64,000 nt of DNA from Octopus vulgaris (GCA_951406725.2 OX597838.1:7626001-7690000); one strand, 5' to 3'. Shown: positions 13,735 through 27,662, counted from the stretch's first letter. Notes: generated by a model from the letters alone, not told the origin. Numbers and translations: made by a program.

Positions 13735-14520
13735 TGTTTCTTTATTAGCCACACAGGGCTGCACACAGATAGAACAAATTACAAGGTAGAGCTTTTCTTT
13801 TGAAGGTTTAAAAAAAAAAAAAAAAAAGGAAGGGGGAGTTTCGATCAAAAGGGATCGTAAAAGGAGAGAAAGAGGACAAAAAAAGGGAGGTTAAAAAAAG
13901 GGGGAGAGAAAAAAAAAAAAAAAAAAATTGATCAATAAGGATCGTTATCACAGAAATGTCAATATGAAGTGTAAAGGGGAGGACAGGTGAGGTTTACCCG
14001 TGGAAAGAAAAGCCTACGGAAAAGACCACGGTAACCTCGGTCAATGAAGTCACATTTTATATTTCTTTTTTTTTTTTTTTTTTTTTTGCAAATAAGCAAC
14101 TCTCTGTTTTCGATTTCTGGGTTCATAGGACTATGCTCAAGGTGGCTTCGTCATTCATACGTGCCATTCTTGCTACATTCACCCATCTTTTTTTAAAACA
14201 TTCGCTAGACAAAACTTGCCTCTCTACTCTCACTTTCCTTTTCAAGTGGTACTTGAAGAAGTTGATGAGAGATTGACCAGAGAGGAAAGTGTTTGTCTCC
14301 AATCCTTTCAGACGCGTCCACCAGATACATTCTTTCGCCATAGCCACAAGGATGATGAAAATAGCTCTTCCTTCCCGTTTGAAGGAAGGAGGCGTGACAA
14401 TATTGACGATAGACTCAGCTGATAAACCGACTCGCCCCACACGTGACAGCAGTTGTTCGACATAAGCCCACAGGTCGGAAATTGTTGGACACTGAACGAG
14501 TGCGTGCAGAACGGTTTCGT
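13735..14520 (-). mobile_element. 5'-truncated Tx1/L1-clade LINE: ORF2 C-terminus (zf-RVT end) plus 3' UTR
   Basis: Uninterrupted [38 protein letters not shown] (stop at 14123). The 3' UTR ends AATAAAGAAACAT directly followed by (ATCT)n. Confidence 0.85.
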
Positions 14521-14555
14521 AGATAGATAGATAGATACACAGATAGGTAGGTAGG

Positions 14556-14587
<32 letters not shown>

Positions 14588-14592
14588 CAGAC

Positions 14593-14673
<81 letters not shown>

Positions 14674-14691
14674 CACAGATAGGTAGGTAGG

Positions 14692-14741
<50 letters not shown>

Positions 14742-14759
14742 CACAGATAGGTAGGTAGG

Positions 14760-14840
<81 letters not shown>

Positions 14841-14872
14841 TCTTTGATAGATAGATAGATAGACTCTTTGAT
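14521..14872. repeat. compound (GATA)n array, right flank of the Tx1-like LINE
   Basis: Carries the same variant blocks as the left flank. Confidence 0.95.
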
Positions 14873-14971
14873 AAATTGATCGATCGACTGAGAGGAAGAT
14901 AGGCTCATAGATTGAAAGAGATACAGATAAGTAAATAGGTAACTTTATAACCGTGTGCGTATCTGTAATAT

Positions 14972-15021
<50 letters not shown>

Positions 15022-15186
15022 CGTATGTGTGTGTGTGTATGTATGTATGTATCTATATATACATGCATGTATGCTTAGAATAATATGTAGTACATTGATT
15101 TCTGGAAACTGAAATGCTGAATATGCGTTTGTTATTTATGAACGTTTATATACTTACGATCATATACGCATATTTACCTACAAACA

Positions 15187-15223
<37 letters not shown>

Positions 15224-15949
15224 ATAACCTTACGTAAACGCATACATATTTTATACGTGCGTGTGTATGCATATGTATATCAGTATGCCTGTAAGTATGT
15301 ATGTCTGCCTGTGTGTATGTGTATATGTATGTATACACCGGTTTCCACTTAAAGACTGCGGAGGTACGTACTTCTCTATTTTAATCTTCATAAATCAATT
15401 TATTCTAAATTGAAAAATGAGTTAAGACAAGATCACGCTGCCTTCTTTTTGAACATTTGAAGCATAATACCGCTCTTCTCTAAAGAACTAATAACACTAA
15501 TACAAATAATGGTTCTTTTTTTTTTCACATATGACCAGCAAAAATTGCACTAGGATGACATAACTAGTCAAGTTAATCTGTCTTTATATATTAGAAATTA
15601 AAGTATTTTATAAAACATAAAACAAATGACCATTCCGTTTCACTATTTCGCTAGCTTCCTACAAAACTGTTAATAAACACTTTAATATTATTGGAGTACA
15701 AAAAAAAAAAGTTTGTTACTGTCTGACGCCATCTTCTTTGTAACTTTGTAACGATGTTTGTGGATGAAAAGATGATGATAACAGTCGTTATCTTCAGCTA
15801 GCAATCTTTGTGAAAGATCGGGTAGATTTATGCAAAAACAGCAATAGTGCAACGGGGAGTATCTTACCATGGAAAAAAATGAATGTATGTATATACATTT
15901 ATATATATATATATGTATATATATATACACACATATATATATATACATA

Positions 15950-16025
<76 letters not shown>

Positions 16026-16029
<4 letters not shown>

Positions 16030-16190
16030 GTCATCCCATAAGTTCTGGCCGATTTTACCTTTTAGTAAAATTGAATGAAATTTAGTAGTTTTTTAGAATG
16101 TCTAATGGAATATAAAATTATTTTTATGCATTTGTGTACATTTAAACTAATTCAATATTATTTTACAGAATAATCAATTATAAAATCAAT
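16026..16190 (+). mobile_element. mariner-type left terminus
   Basis: TA followed by TCAGGTCATCCCATAAGTTCTG, a mariner-like TIR start, inside (TA)n. No partner TIR was found. Confidence 0.45.
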
Positions 16191-17725
16191 AAAATAATAT
16201 AAATTAGGTACCAAGCCTCTTTAATTAATTACAAATCATCCTGCCCGACTAGACTTCTTGCCTTGGACAAACACCTGGATAGTGGCAAGTCGGGCCGCTT
16301 TAATACATAATTAAAAGTGTCCGGTAGGATGTTCATTATCCTGCACAGATCCGTTTCCCATTTGACCTCCGCAGCCACCTGCGAAGGCCAGCCTGGGTCG
16401 TCTGTGCAGGACAGAATACCCTACCTTCGGCCTTTCTTTTTAAAGAGATAAACTTAATGGTTGGCATATATTCTGCCAACTCCTTCTCAATCATTTTTTT
16501 TCTGGAAGACGGCTATGGTATCGTGGGTCTTGGAGTAAGTCCTCAACACCACCGTCTTCTTTTCAAGTTCCTCTAACCATTTTTTGGGTGGTGTTATTTC
16601 ACGTTCTATAAGTTTGTTTTTTGCCATGTGAAAAAATTAACACTTCTAAAGACAGTCCACAAAAATTCAAATAATAAAGAGAAAAACAAAACGAAAGTTT
16701 TAACAAAAAGGAAGAAAAAATAAAATAAACAGTACAAAACAGCGTCTCAAAAATAAAAGACAGAAGAAGAGAGAGCGAGAGTTCAAAACACAGCCAAAAA
16801 ATCTTGGGCCACACAGTACTCCCGGCCTTCAACTGGAACAAGGTTTTTCAAGAATCTTGACAAATTCATCGAAATTGTTTTTTTTTAATTCCACGAAGTT
16901 AAAGAGGAAGAGTTCTCACTATTAACTGAGAATGACACAATTCTCAAATTAAATTAAATTTGGAAGCGGGATAAGCCTCCAAACCACAATTGGGAAAAAC
17001 AAAATGGTCTACTGCAGGCAGACAGAAGCCCAGAATCCAGTGAGGACTCCTTGCGTGTACAAAAAATAAATCTCACAAACAACGAACCCTACTGGGCTAA
17101 AAAAGCAGAAAGTCTTACATTAGAGCCTCTTTCAGTAACAACTTTCGTTCGCTGCAAACCAACGTGGCGACTTCGATGGCACAATGAAGACAACTGAACC
17201 ACCAGAACCGGAAGGAAGTTTCTTACCACACTCCACGCCTGAGCGATATTGAAATATTTAAACCGACATTTTCTCTTTGGTTTTAAGAATTTTTCTATAT
17301 TCCAAGCAGTATTTTATTAGATGTGACAATCCTCTTCAACGTCACAATCCTAATGGACTTAGTGGATATCAAATAAACGTATACAGAGTTGGAAAGCCTT
17401 TCACAAACTCTAGGATACGTAACCTTGCATATCTCCTGCGTCCCTAATATTCACCCCTCTTAGTCACGCACTCTTTCACTCTTTATCTCTCTTTTTCCCC
17501 TCTCTGTTTCTATCTCTCCCACTCTTCCTCTCTCTTTCTTTCTCTCCCTTTCTTTTACTCTCTCTCTCTCCCTCTCCCCCTCTTTCTTGCCATCTCTCCC
17601 ATACTGACACCGTCTATTTCTTTATTTCTCTAAACATTTACTTATATTCATCTAATTCTTTATCTTAAGTCTATTTGTGCATGTATATATATATATATAT
17701 ATATAGATAGATATGTACATAAAAA

Positions 17726-17765
<40 letters not shown>

Positions 17766-17766
17766 T

Positions 17767-17828
<62 letters not shown>

Positions 17829-17993
17829 GTATGCATGTATGTATGTATGTATGTATGTATGTGTAAAAAGGCTGCGGGGCGTTCAATTATTAAATAAATG
17901 AAAAATGCACATTAAGAACAGGGCATCACCAAAGAGTGATATATATACGTGTGTGTGTGTGTGTGTTATATGTGTTTATGTACTATGTACATA

Positions 17994-18037
<44 letters not shown>

Positions 18038-18057
18038 TGTACATATATATACATATA

Positions 18058-18113
<56 letters not shown>

Positions 18114-18239
18114 TATATACATACATACATATCTGCATACATACATTCATATATATATGTATATACATACATACATACATTCATATATATATATATATAC
18201 ATACATACATGCGTGCATGCATCCATATACATATATATA

Positions 18240-18650
18240 ATCTTCCTTTCTTATTTTGAGATTTCTTCACGCAGGACGTATCCCGACCTTTAGAAACTTG
18301 TTAGACATCGTCATAATCCCAAGAATGGCTTCCCTCTGATTTTGGCAACAACCGTTCGATGTTTATTCATTCATTGGTAATGCTGTGAGCCATTAGCAAA
18401 CATATTCTTAAACATTTTGGATCCATTTCTCTCCTTAACGCATGACTCTACAGTTCTTCGATTTACTGCCATCCTGTTAGATCTAATTATTTTTTCCGTT
18501 GTTGACTGAAATCATTCTTAGCCACCATTAATCAGATCTCACTGCCCTCAGCGTATGCTTTCCTTTTCGAGATCATATCCTATATTTCAACATGCTATTT
18601 GCCATAATCTTCAACAAGTTCCATTCTACACACATTACGTAACCTTACCT
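18240..18650 (-). mobile_element. old RTE-like LINE fragment
   Basis: Heavily frameshifted peptide resembling the post-RT region (YG.E.W..FQ..I.R..N..L..). Weak. Confidence 0.35.
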
Positions 18651-18771
18651 TTTTCCCCCCAAAAAAAACACCTTCTAACCCACCAGCATGCAATCTAGAC
18701 CCCTCGCTCCAGATCTGCTCTTGTTCAATGAGAAAAGATATTCGAAAGCATTTCCAATATTTTCATAGTAA

Positions 18772-19160
18772 AAGGCGGCGAGCTGGCAGAATTGTTAGCA
18801 CGCCGGGCGAAGTGCTTTGTGGTATTTCGTCTGCCGCTACGTTCTGAGTTCAAATTCCGCCGAGGTCGACTTTGCCTTTCAAGGTCGATTAAGTAAGTAC
18901 CAGTTGCGCACTGGGGTCGATGTAATCGACTTAATCCGTCTGTCTGTCCTTGTTTGTCTCCTCTGTGTTTAGCCCCTTGCGGGTAGTAAAGAAATAGGTA
19001 TTTCGTCTGTCTCTGCGTTCCGAGTTCACATTCCACCAAGGTTGACTTTGCCTTTCATTCTTTCGGGGATAAATCAAGTATCAGTTGTGTACTGGTGTCG
19101 ATCTAATCTACTGGCCTCCTCCCCCAAAAATTCGGGCCTTGAGCCTAGAGTAGAAAAGAA
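18772..19160 (+). mobile_element. SINE family A, head + one internal unit + terminal unit
   Basis: Head AAGGCGGCGAGCTGGCAGAA. The TATTTCGTCTG..GTTC(T/C)GAGTTCA..GACTTTGCCTTTCA segment occurs twice. Confidence 0.9.
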
Positions 19161-20599
19161 AATTTACATAGTGTGTCGCAAGTTCCTGCGAAGCCTATTT
19201 TGCCATTTATCTCTTTGGGATCGATAAAATCAGTACAAATTAAGCGGTGGATGTATTCGACTTAACCCCACCCCTTGAAATTGCATGCCTTATGCCAAAA
19301 CGTGAAACCAATATATACATGGTCAGCCTTTTCATTTTCTACAGAAAACTCTACAATTAATGAACATATCAAAGCACCATAGGGCCATAATCCTTCGAAA
19401 CAGGATCATCATACAACCAGGATCAACGTGATTGCTTCAAATGCTAGGTTTCCCAATCGACAAGGATCTCTCCAAGAGAAAACATACTATTAACATATAA
19501 ATGATGTATCTCAAATATTTTCCATTCTATGCAAAGCCAGAGAATTCTTCGATCCAGAATTGCCAATCATTTTCCAAAAGACCTCATGCATACCTGCGTT
19601 CAGATACAGTTATTTTAAAATCTGCGTTTGTCTCTCCAGCCTTTTTGTATATTAAAGTCAATCATTAACCTATTGGTTGTTTATCCACCCATTGTGCGTA
19701 ATCCTAATTTGCTAAAATTGTTGCGGCACTACATTATGAATACCTGTCTTCTAGTGTTCTCTTGATTTGATACTAATCCGACGCTAAGGATCAACATTGC
19801 AGTTGGAAAATGTGGCAACACCACTTTGATAAGCATTGTAATTTATCTATCGATATTATAAGGATTTAGAAACTGCGAGTGAACATGAAACAATTTACTT
19901 TTGGAACTGTTTGAATTTTTGGATAGAAATCACCGAGGCCTACCTGTAAGACTTACACTTTTTTAAAATTCAATATTTACACACTATCATTTTGAGATTT
20001 ACCAGCTTCAAGTTAAACTCTATCAAAAAACTATTATTTCATCTTCTCTCCAATAACATACAATTCTCATTGGTAAGAAAGAAGTTCCGAAAATGGTTAA
20101 TTTGGCGGTTCGGTTTTGTTAAGAAGCAGGACACCGGTCAGGTTTAAAGAAGATGCGAGTTTCAGTCCCAAAAGCAGCTTTCTACATTTGCCCTCCAAAT
20201 GTTTCTATGTTTCTTTCGACTCAGTATTATCTCACTATCATTTATAGCTCTATCGTCTTCGAGCGAAAAAGTTCCAATAACGAATTATCATTGAAATTTA
20301 TATTTAGTTTTAGTTTCATTCCGTAGAATATGACGGAGACATTGTGTTATAAACATCGATGTACGAAGAAGCCGAGTAAAATTGCTTCGCAGCAAACGAA
20401 AACCACGACACAGAAATTTCTAAACAAAAGATTACAAAGAATTTTGAAGAGTTTACCACAATTCCTATGCTCCAGGCAAGACAGAATTACCTTAAGTAAT
20501 GAAAGACTATAAAACACCTGTCCAAAGCTGGTCTCTAATATATATATTCCCAATGTGTTTCAAACAACGATGAAGTCCGCTTTGAATTAGATGTAGACC

Positions 20600-21000
20600 A
20601 TTATGTAAAAATTGAGTTAATAAAATCACTTCACTCTATTTCTCTGAAGAACATCAAAATTCCTAACAGTTGGTATAGGACAACATCGATTTCAAAGCCC
20701 CAAAACGGGGATATATAATAGAAAAGAACTACTAAACTACCGACCTATAAATCTTTTATGTGTTTCAAGATATCCACTAAGATCGTGACGAAGAGAAATG
20801 CTAAACAAACGAGAACTAACCACGTAGCAAAACAAAGATTTCAGCTGGGCTTTTCCCCATCATTGACCATGAGTAATACAATAAATATTTCTTAAAGTAA
20901 ACGAATGCCAGAAGTTGAGATCACGATGATAAAATGTAAACCAATTAGGTGTCTACAGCTCGAGTAGAAAAGTTTTTCGATTTGTAAACCGAAAAACCGG
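20600..21000 (+). mobile_element. old LINE RT fragment (RTE-like)
   Basis: GD..NYRPINLL..AG.F..IIDH remnants of the RT N-terminal motifs. Confidence 0.5.
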
Positions 21001-21473
21001 TTGTGAATACATACGAATATAATGTGTATATTTTTTCCTTTTCATCTGGAAGATATGCTGTTTTATAATGGCCGTTTTATCATTGTACAGTGGTATTTCG
21101 AGAAAGGTTTATATGTACTCATTTGTGTATATATTTCTACTCATACACATGCATATAGGAAGGAACACACGCGTAGGAGTGGTGTGTATGTGTGTGCAAA
21201 TGTGTGAGAATATTTGTATGTGTGCTTGTGTGTGTGTGAGTGCATGTTTATATGCGTGTGTGTGTGTGTGTGTGTTTGAGTGCATGTGTGCGTGAGTGCA
21301 TGTTTGTGTGCGTGTGTGGGTATATAACGGATTCTGCCACCGAAAGCGACGTATAAACGTTCCGCTCCACCGAACGACCTGCTCAAATGATTTGTCAATA
21401 GAGATCAAATATAGGTGTACGCGCGTGTGTGTGTACACATGTACATACATTTATGTATGTCTGTGTGCAGAGG

Positions 21474-21532
<59 letters not shown>

Positions 21533-22392
21533 GTATATACGTATAAATTAAATTAGAGATAAAACCACTATTAGGCAAATCAAACAATGAAAAACATAAA
21601 CCAAAATATAAATATACAAAATATATAAAATATAAAATTTTAAAATTTTAATTATTTAAATTTATAAATTAAAATTATTAATTTATATTTATAATTTTTT
21701 TATTTTTTTTTTATTTTTAAATTTATTTATTTATTTATTTTTTATATTAAATATATATAACTATCAAAAAGTATTAAAAAGTTTATATATACATGTATGT
21801 ATGTGTGGGTGTACATATACATATAGCTGTATGTGTATGTATGTTTTTGCACCATGACAGCCCAACAACCGATGTTAGTTTGTTTACATCCCCTGAATTG
21901 TTTACCTTCTCGTAATTTAGCCCTTCGGCAAAGAAACTGGCGGAATAACTTCAAGGCTTGGAAAAACTGACAATTGGCGTCCATTGCTTTAACTAAACAA
22001 CACTTCAACGCAGTACCCCAGCATGGCCGCAAACCAATAAGCGAAACAAATATATAATATAAAAACAGTGATTAGATAATTAAAAAATATGAATTGATAA
22101 TTATGACATCAAAGACAAACTGCGCAACTGAAACGAAAGGGTTTCTAAGTAATCGCTCATTGAATTCCTATTTTATGTAGCTTTAAGATGTTTCACTGAA
22201 TTCGACACATTTCACAAGACAGTCTCCGATCTCTGGAAATGGAACGGTTTTCATTTTTGGCTGGGAAATTCTTAAACCAATCTCTTTGCAAAGAAAAAGT
22301 ATTTTTGGCATAACTGTGAAATGCTTACACATGATAACTATCTATCTGTCTATCAATATTTTTGTCTTCCAATCTATCTATCTATCTATCTA

Positions 22393-22441
<49 letters not shown>

Positions 22442-22595
22442 GTTTATCAATCCATCAGCCTGTTTATATCTATTCATTTACCTACCTACTTTCCTACCAA
22501 CCAATCTATCTATTTAACCATCGCTCTGTCTTCTTATCTCCTTCCCACCTCTCTCTCCCTCCCTCTCTCTCTCTCCATATATACATATATATACA

Positions 22596-22641
<46 letters not shown>

Positions 22642-22654
22642 TATACATACGCAC

Positions 22655-22774
<120 letters not shown>

Positions 22775-23001
22775 GTATATGTATGTCTATATGTGTGTGT
22801 CCGTGAGTGTGTGTGTGTGTGTGCGTGTATGTGTGAATGCGTGTATTTGCCTGTGTAAAAGGTTTGTTATAAAAATACCTGCGCGAACGGATTGTATGTA
22901 AATGTGATATTGTGCGAGAAGAGTATATGCGTGTTGCAATCGCAGATGAAGAACGAGACGGCGAAAGGAACACAGAGACAATGTGTGTGTGCGTGTGTGT
23001 G

Positions 23002-23038
<37 letters not shown>

Positions 23039-23534
23039 AGAGAATTTGGTGTGTCTTTGTGTGCGAGTGGGGGCTCCTCTTGTGATGTGTTCAGGAGAGA
23101 AAAAGCTGACGTAGGCAACATTTTTAATTACAAGTGCAACGTTCCTTGACAATTGATTTATCTATCATGATTAATGACTGTTGCCAGTGGGGTAGGAGGC
23201 GACTGTTTCCACACGTCTCTCTCCGATTCCTCCCCCTTATTCTCTCCCTCCCTCTCGCGCTCCCAATCTCCCTCTCTTCCTCTCTCTCCCTCAGTAATGT
23301 GGGGTATCGGTCGCTAAATGTTGGGGAATGTTGTCTATTTGTGGAAATATGTGTGTATATGTGTGAGTTTACACGCGTGCGTGTATATGTGTGTGTGTGT
23401 GTGTGCGTGCGTTACTTTGCTTTTCTGTTTTTCAGTGAGTATTCAATCTTTTATATAACTTGTGTATAACTTTTATATAACACAAACATACACGTACGAA
23501 CATATGTACACCCACCACACACACACACACACAT

Positions 23535-23585
<51 letters not shown>

Positions 23586-23693
23586 CATACATATACAAAT
23601 AATTGTGCGTGTATTTGTGTATGTGTAAACGGGCATATATACGGGAGTATAGAGAAATATATGCATATATACTGTATATATATACATGTACAT

Positions 23694-23744
<51 letters not shown>

Positions 23745-23887
23745 CAGATAGATATGTAGATGCATAATACATATATATATATATATATGTGCGTGTGTCT
23801 GTGTGTGCGTGTGCGTATGTGTGTGTATATATGTATGTATGTATATATATGTTTACATACAGATACACATAAACATATATGTGTATG

Positions 23888-23941
<54 letters not shown>

Positions 23942-24051
23942 CGTGTATGTATATGTATATATACATACATATTTACACAAGAATTCTCTCCAACGTATGT
24001 ATGTCTCCACAATTGGCTTTCTGTATAACCTTCTATTCCTTTCATTAATTT

Positions 24052-24094
<43 letters not shown>

Positions 24095-24548
24095 CATATT
24101 TACACACACACATCCACGCACATAAGCACAGACATACACATACATACACACATACCTAGGCACACATAGGGGCACCACTTGTGTGCATACGCGTATTTTT
24201 AAAAATGTCACTGGTAACTTCGTATATCCACCATATCAACTCCACTGGCCGCGTGTTTTAATTTGAGGATTCGATATTTTTAGGAATTTTAATTAATAAG
24301 GGAAGTGCAATTTCGAATTAGTTAAGTTCTGTATCAGAAATGTCAGCTTCATTACTTCATACCAAACAATTACACATACAAGCATGTATACACACACACA
24401 CACACATACATACATACATACATACATACATACATACACATATATATAAATATATATATATATACGCATGAGGGGACATTTGTGAATGTATATAATTATT
24501 TATATATCTATATATATGTACATACATATATATATATATATATATATG

Positions 24549-24586
<38 letters not shown>

Positions 24587-25543
24587 AGAGAGAGAGAGAG
24601 AGAGATGTGTGTATATATATATATGTCTGCGTTTGCCTATATGCACGCATTCATGTATATATATATATATACATAAACACATTTATATGTAGCATATATA
24701 TATATATATATATATAGAATACATGCATATGTACGAATATATATATGCATCTACAACATATCCATATGTATGAGTGTGTATATATATGTATATATATATA
24801 TATATATACCATTGTATATGTGTGTATGTATATAAATATATATATATATATACATATACACACATACGTATATGTATATATATTTAAATGTATTTGTGTC
24901 TACGTATGAGTGTCAGATTATAACAATCCAACCGTACATACATACACACATACACACATACATAGACACGTACATACACCCATTCGCATATACAACAATA
25001 CACACTTACATACACACACACACACATGCATTCATAGATACATGTACACACACATACCCCCATATCCACGTTTGCTTTGCGAAGATCGTAGCAGGTCAGC
25101 TAACGTGTGTACGTGTGGATTAAATTACGTTATTTTCTTTCTGATAATATTTTATTTTATTTTATTCCATGTTATTCTATTTTGATTTTTATTTATTTTT
25201 ATTTTATATTCTTCTCTTTATATTTTTTTAGTTCCTTTTCGAATACGTCTTTTTTTTGTTGTTTTTTTTGTTTTTGTGTTGTATTTTTTTTACTTGAAAT
25301 GGTGCTGAGTTTCATTCCGTATTGAAATGATTGTCAGCTACAGATAACCTTTGTGTTTTTTTTGCTTTAACCCTTAAATCAATTGTTGGAAAGCAACGCC
25401 TCATGTTACGTGTTTAACTTTCGTATTAGAAGATCTTTTCCGGTGTCATTTCATCGCCTCTGCTTCTACCGTCAGCTCCTTGTTGTTTTGTGTTGTTTAT
25501 TCATTCATTGATCATTTTTTTTTTATCACTGACATTATTATTA

Positions 25544-25596
<53 letters not shown>

Positions 25597-25598
<2 letters not shown>

Positions 25599-25802
25599 AT
25601 GTTCTTCCATTTCTTGCCGAGTGTCTTCCCGACTCCTAGGCAAAGAAACTCATAGTGTATATTGGTAGGCCATTAAACCAAACTCAGTAGTTCGTTCATT
25701 TTTTTTTTTTTTTTTTAAGTTAAATTAAAATACATGAGCAGCAACAGTTCTCACATCGACAATGCTCTTCTCAATACGTGTGATGTACCAGTTAAGACAA
25801 TC

Positions 25803-25804
<2 letters not shown>
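25597..25804 (-). mobile_element. 5'-truncated Dong/R4-clade non-LTR element inside (TAA)n
   Basis: C-terminal peptide KIVLTGTSHVLRRALSM* plus 3' UTR, with pure (TAA)n on both sides. Confidence 0.75.
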
Positions 25805-25879
<75 letters not shown>

Positions 25880-25881
<2 letters not shown>

Positions 25882-26093
25882 GGCGGTAAGTTGGCAGAAT
25901 CGTTAGCACACCGGACGAAATGTTCGTAACATTTCGTCCATCTTTATTTTCAGAGTTCAAATTCCGCCGAGGTCGACTTTGCCTGTCATCTTTTCGAGGT
26001 CGATAAATTAAGTACTAGTTGCGTACTGGGGTCGATCTAAATCAACTGACCCCTTGCCCAAAAATTTCGTGCCCTGTGCCTGGAGTAGAAAAA
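25880..26093 (+). mobile_element. SINE family A, monomeric form within (TTA)n
   Basis: Head + body + terminal tail (GTGCCTGGAGTAGAAAA), with no internal duplicated unit. Confidence 0.85.
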
Positions 26094-26113
26094 ATTATTA
26101 TTATTATTATTAT

Positions 26114-26148
<35 letters not shown>

Positions 26149-26721
26149 CTAGTAGTAGTAGTAGTAGTAGAGGAGGCGTGCTGTCAGAATCATCAACGAG
26201 TCGGACAAAATACTTCGCGGTATTAATCTTTGTTCTGTTTGCGCGTATTTCATGCATATATGGATGTCTAAATATAGATGTGTGTATGAGTATCAAGTTT
26301 TGGTGTTTATATAAGTGTGTTGTATTTATCTAAACATTTATTTACTTATTTTATTTTATTTTTTTGTTTACATTTGTTCCCAGACCTTATGTGAGTTCTT
26401 TTCTTTAATTTCCTCTTCCTCTCTTTTTATTTTTTTTTTTTCGATTAATCTATCTTTCCATCAATTATTTTGATGGATTATATTAAAAATGTTTACACAT
26501 GGCCTGTTGGTTAAAAAAAATTGTGCTTCGTTATCTCTAGATCTTGGGTTTGATTCCACCGGGTGGTGTTCTGTGTCTCAGTGTCTCCTAAAAACCAGAG
26601 TCTGTCCATATCTTGTGAGTGAAATTATGTAGAAGAAAATTGTGAGAAAGTGCCACGGATGGAATGTTTACGCTTTTTAAAGATTAACGCACACATGCAA
26701 ACACACACGCACGCAAACACA

Positions 26722-26757
<36 letters not shown>

Positions 26758-26761
<4 letters not shown>

Positions 26762-27378
26762 TAATCCCACGCCATATCGCGGTGCACCTATCACTCAATG
26801 AATACATCGCGGGTTTTCCTGGCTAACATATGTAAATTTATATCGCGCTCTCCTCAGTATATCACGAGTTTCTGCGGCTGATAGGTAATCCCTCGCCATA
26901 TCGCGGTTCACCTATTACTCAACGAATAGATCGCGGTTATTCCTGGTTAATACATGTAAATTTATATCGCGGACTCCTCAGTATATCGCGAGTTTCTGCG
27001 GCTGATAGGTAATGCCTCGCCATATCGCGGTTCACCTATCACTCAATGAATAAGTCACCGTATTTCCTGGCTAACATATGTAAATTTATATCGCGGGTCC
27101 CTCAGTATATCGCGAGTTTCTGCGGCTGATAGGTAATACCTCGCCATATCGCGGTTCACCTATCACTCAATGAATAAGTCACCGTATTTCCTAGCTAACA
27201 TATGTAAATTTATATCGCGGGTCCCTCAGTATATCGCGAGTTTCTGCGGCTGATAGGTAATACCTCGCCATATCGCGAATCACCTATTACTCAATGAATA
27301 GATCGCGGCTTTTCCTGGTTAATATATGTAAATTTATATCGCGGACTCCTCAGTATATCGCGAGTTTCTGCGGCTGAT
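26758..27378 (+). repeat. 124-bp tandem repeat, 5 copies, from a Tigger/pogo-type terminus
   Basis: Units start at about 26758, 26881, 27005, 27129 and 27253. Each begins GTAATCCCTCGCCATATCGCGGTTCACCTAT (consensus). Confidence 0.9.
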
Positions 27379-27662
27379 ACGTGTTTATATTTTTTTTCAG
27401 ATTTTAATTATTTATGCGGTAAAATAAGCATTTTCACGCCTAAAATTTAAGAAATCATTAAATATAAATACAATACAGTACTGCACCGTATAACACATTA
27501 ATCAAAATTTATTAAAAGAAAATACATAGTTGTACCGTGGATCAGTGAAGAAGGAATCACAAATACTGATTGGAGAGCGATACTAGGGAGGCGAATGTGT
27601 TGTAATGTTTTGCATTTATAATAAAATAAATATATAGAAATTACAAAAATAATAAAATACCG

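Noticed and set aside
16200-17460. Complex unique-looking sequence after the mariner end
   Set aside because: No sustained frame or motif that I can assign. Probably old TE.
26758-27378. CRISPR-like regular periodicity
   Set aside because: Whole units are repeated with no unique spacers, there are no cas genes, and the context is eukaryotic.
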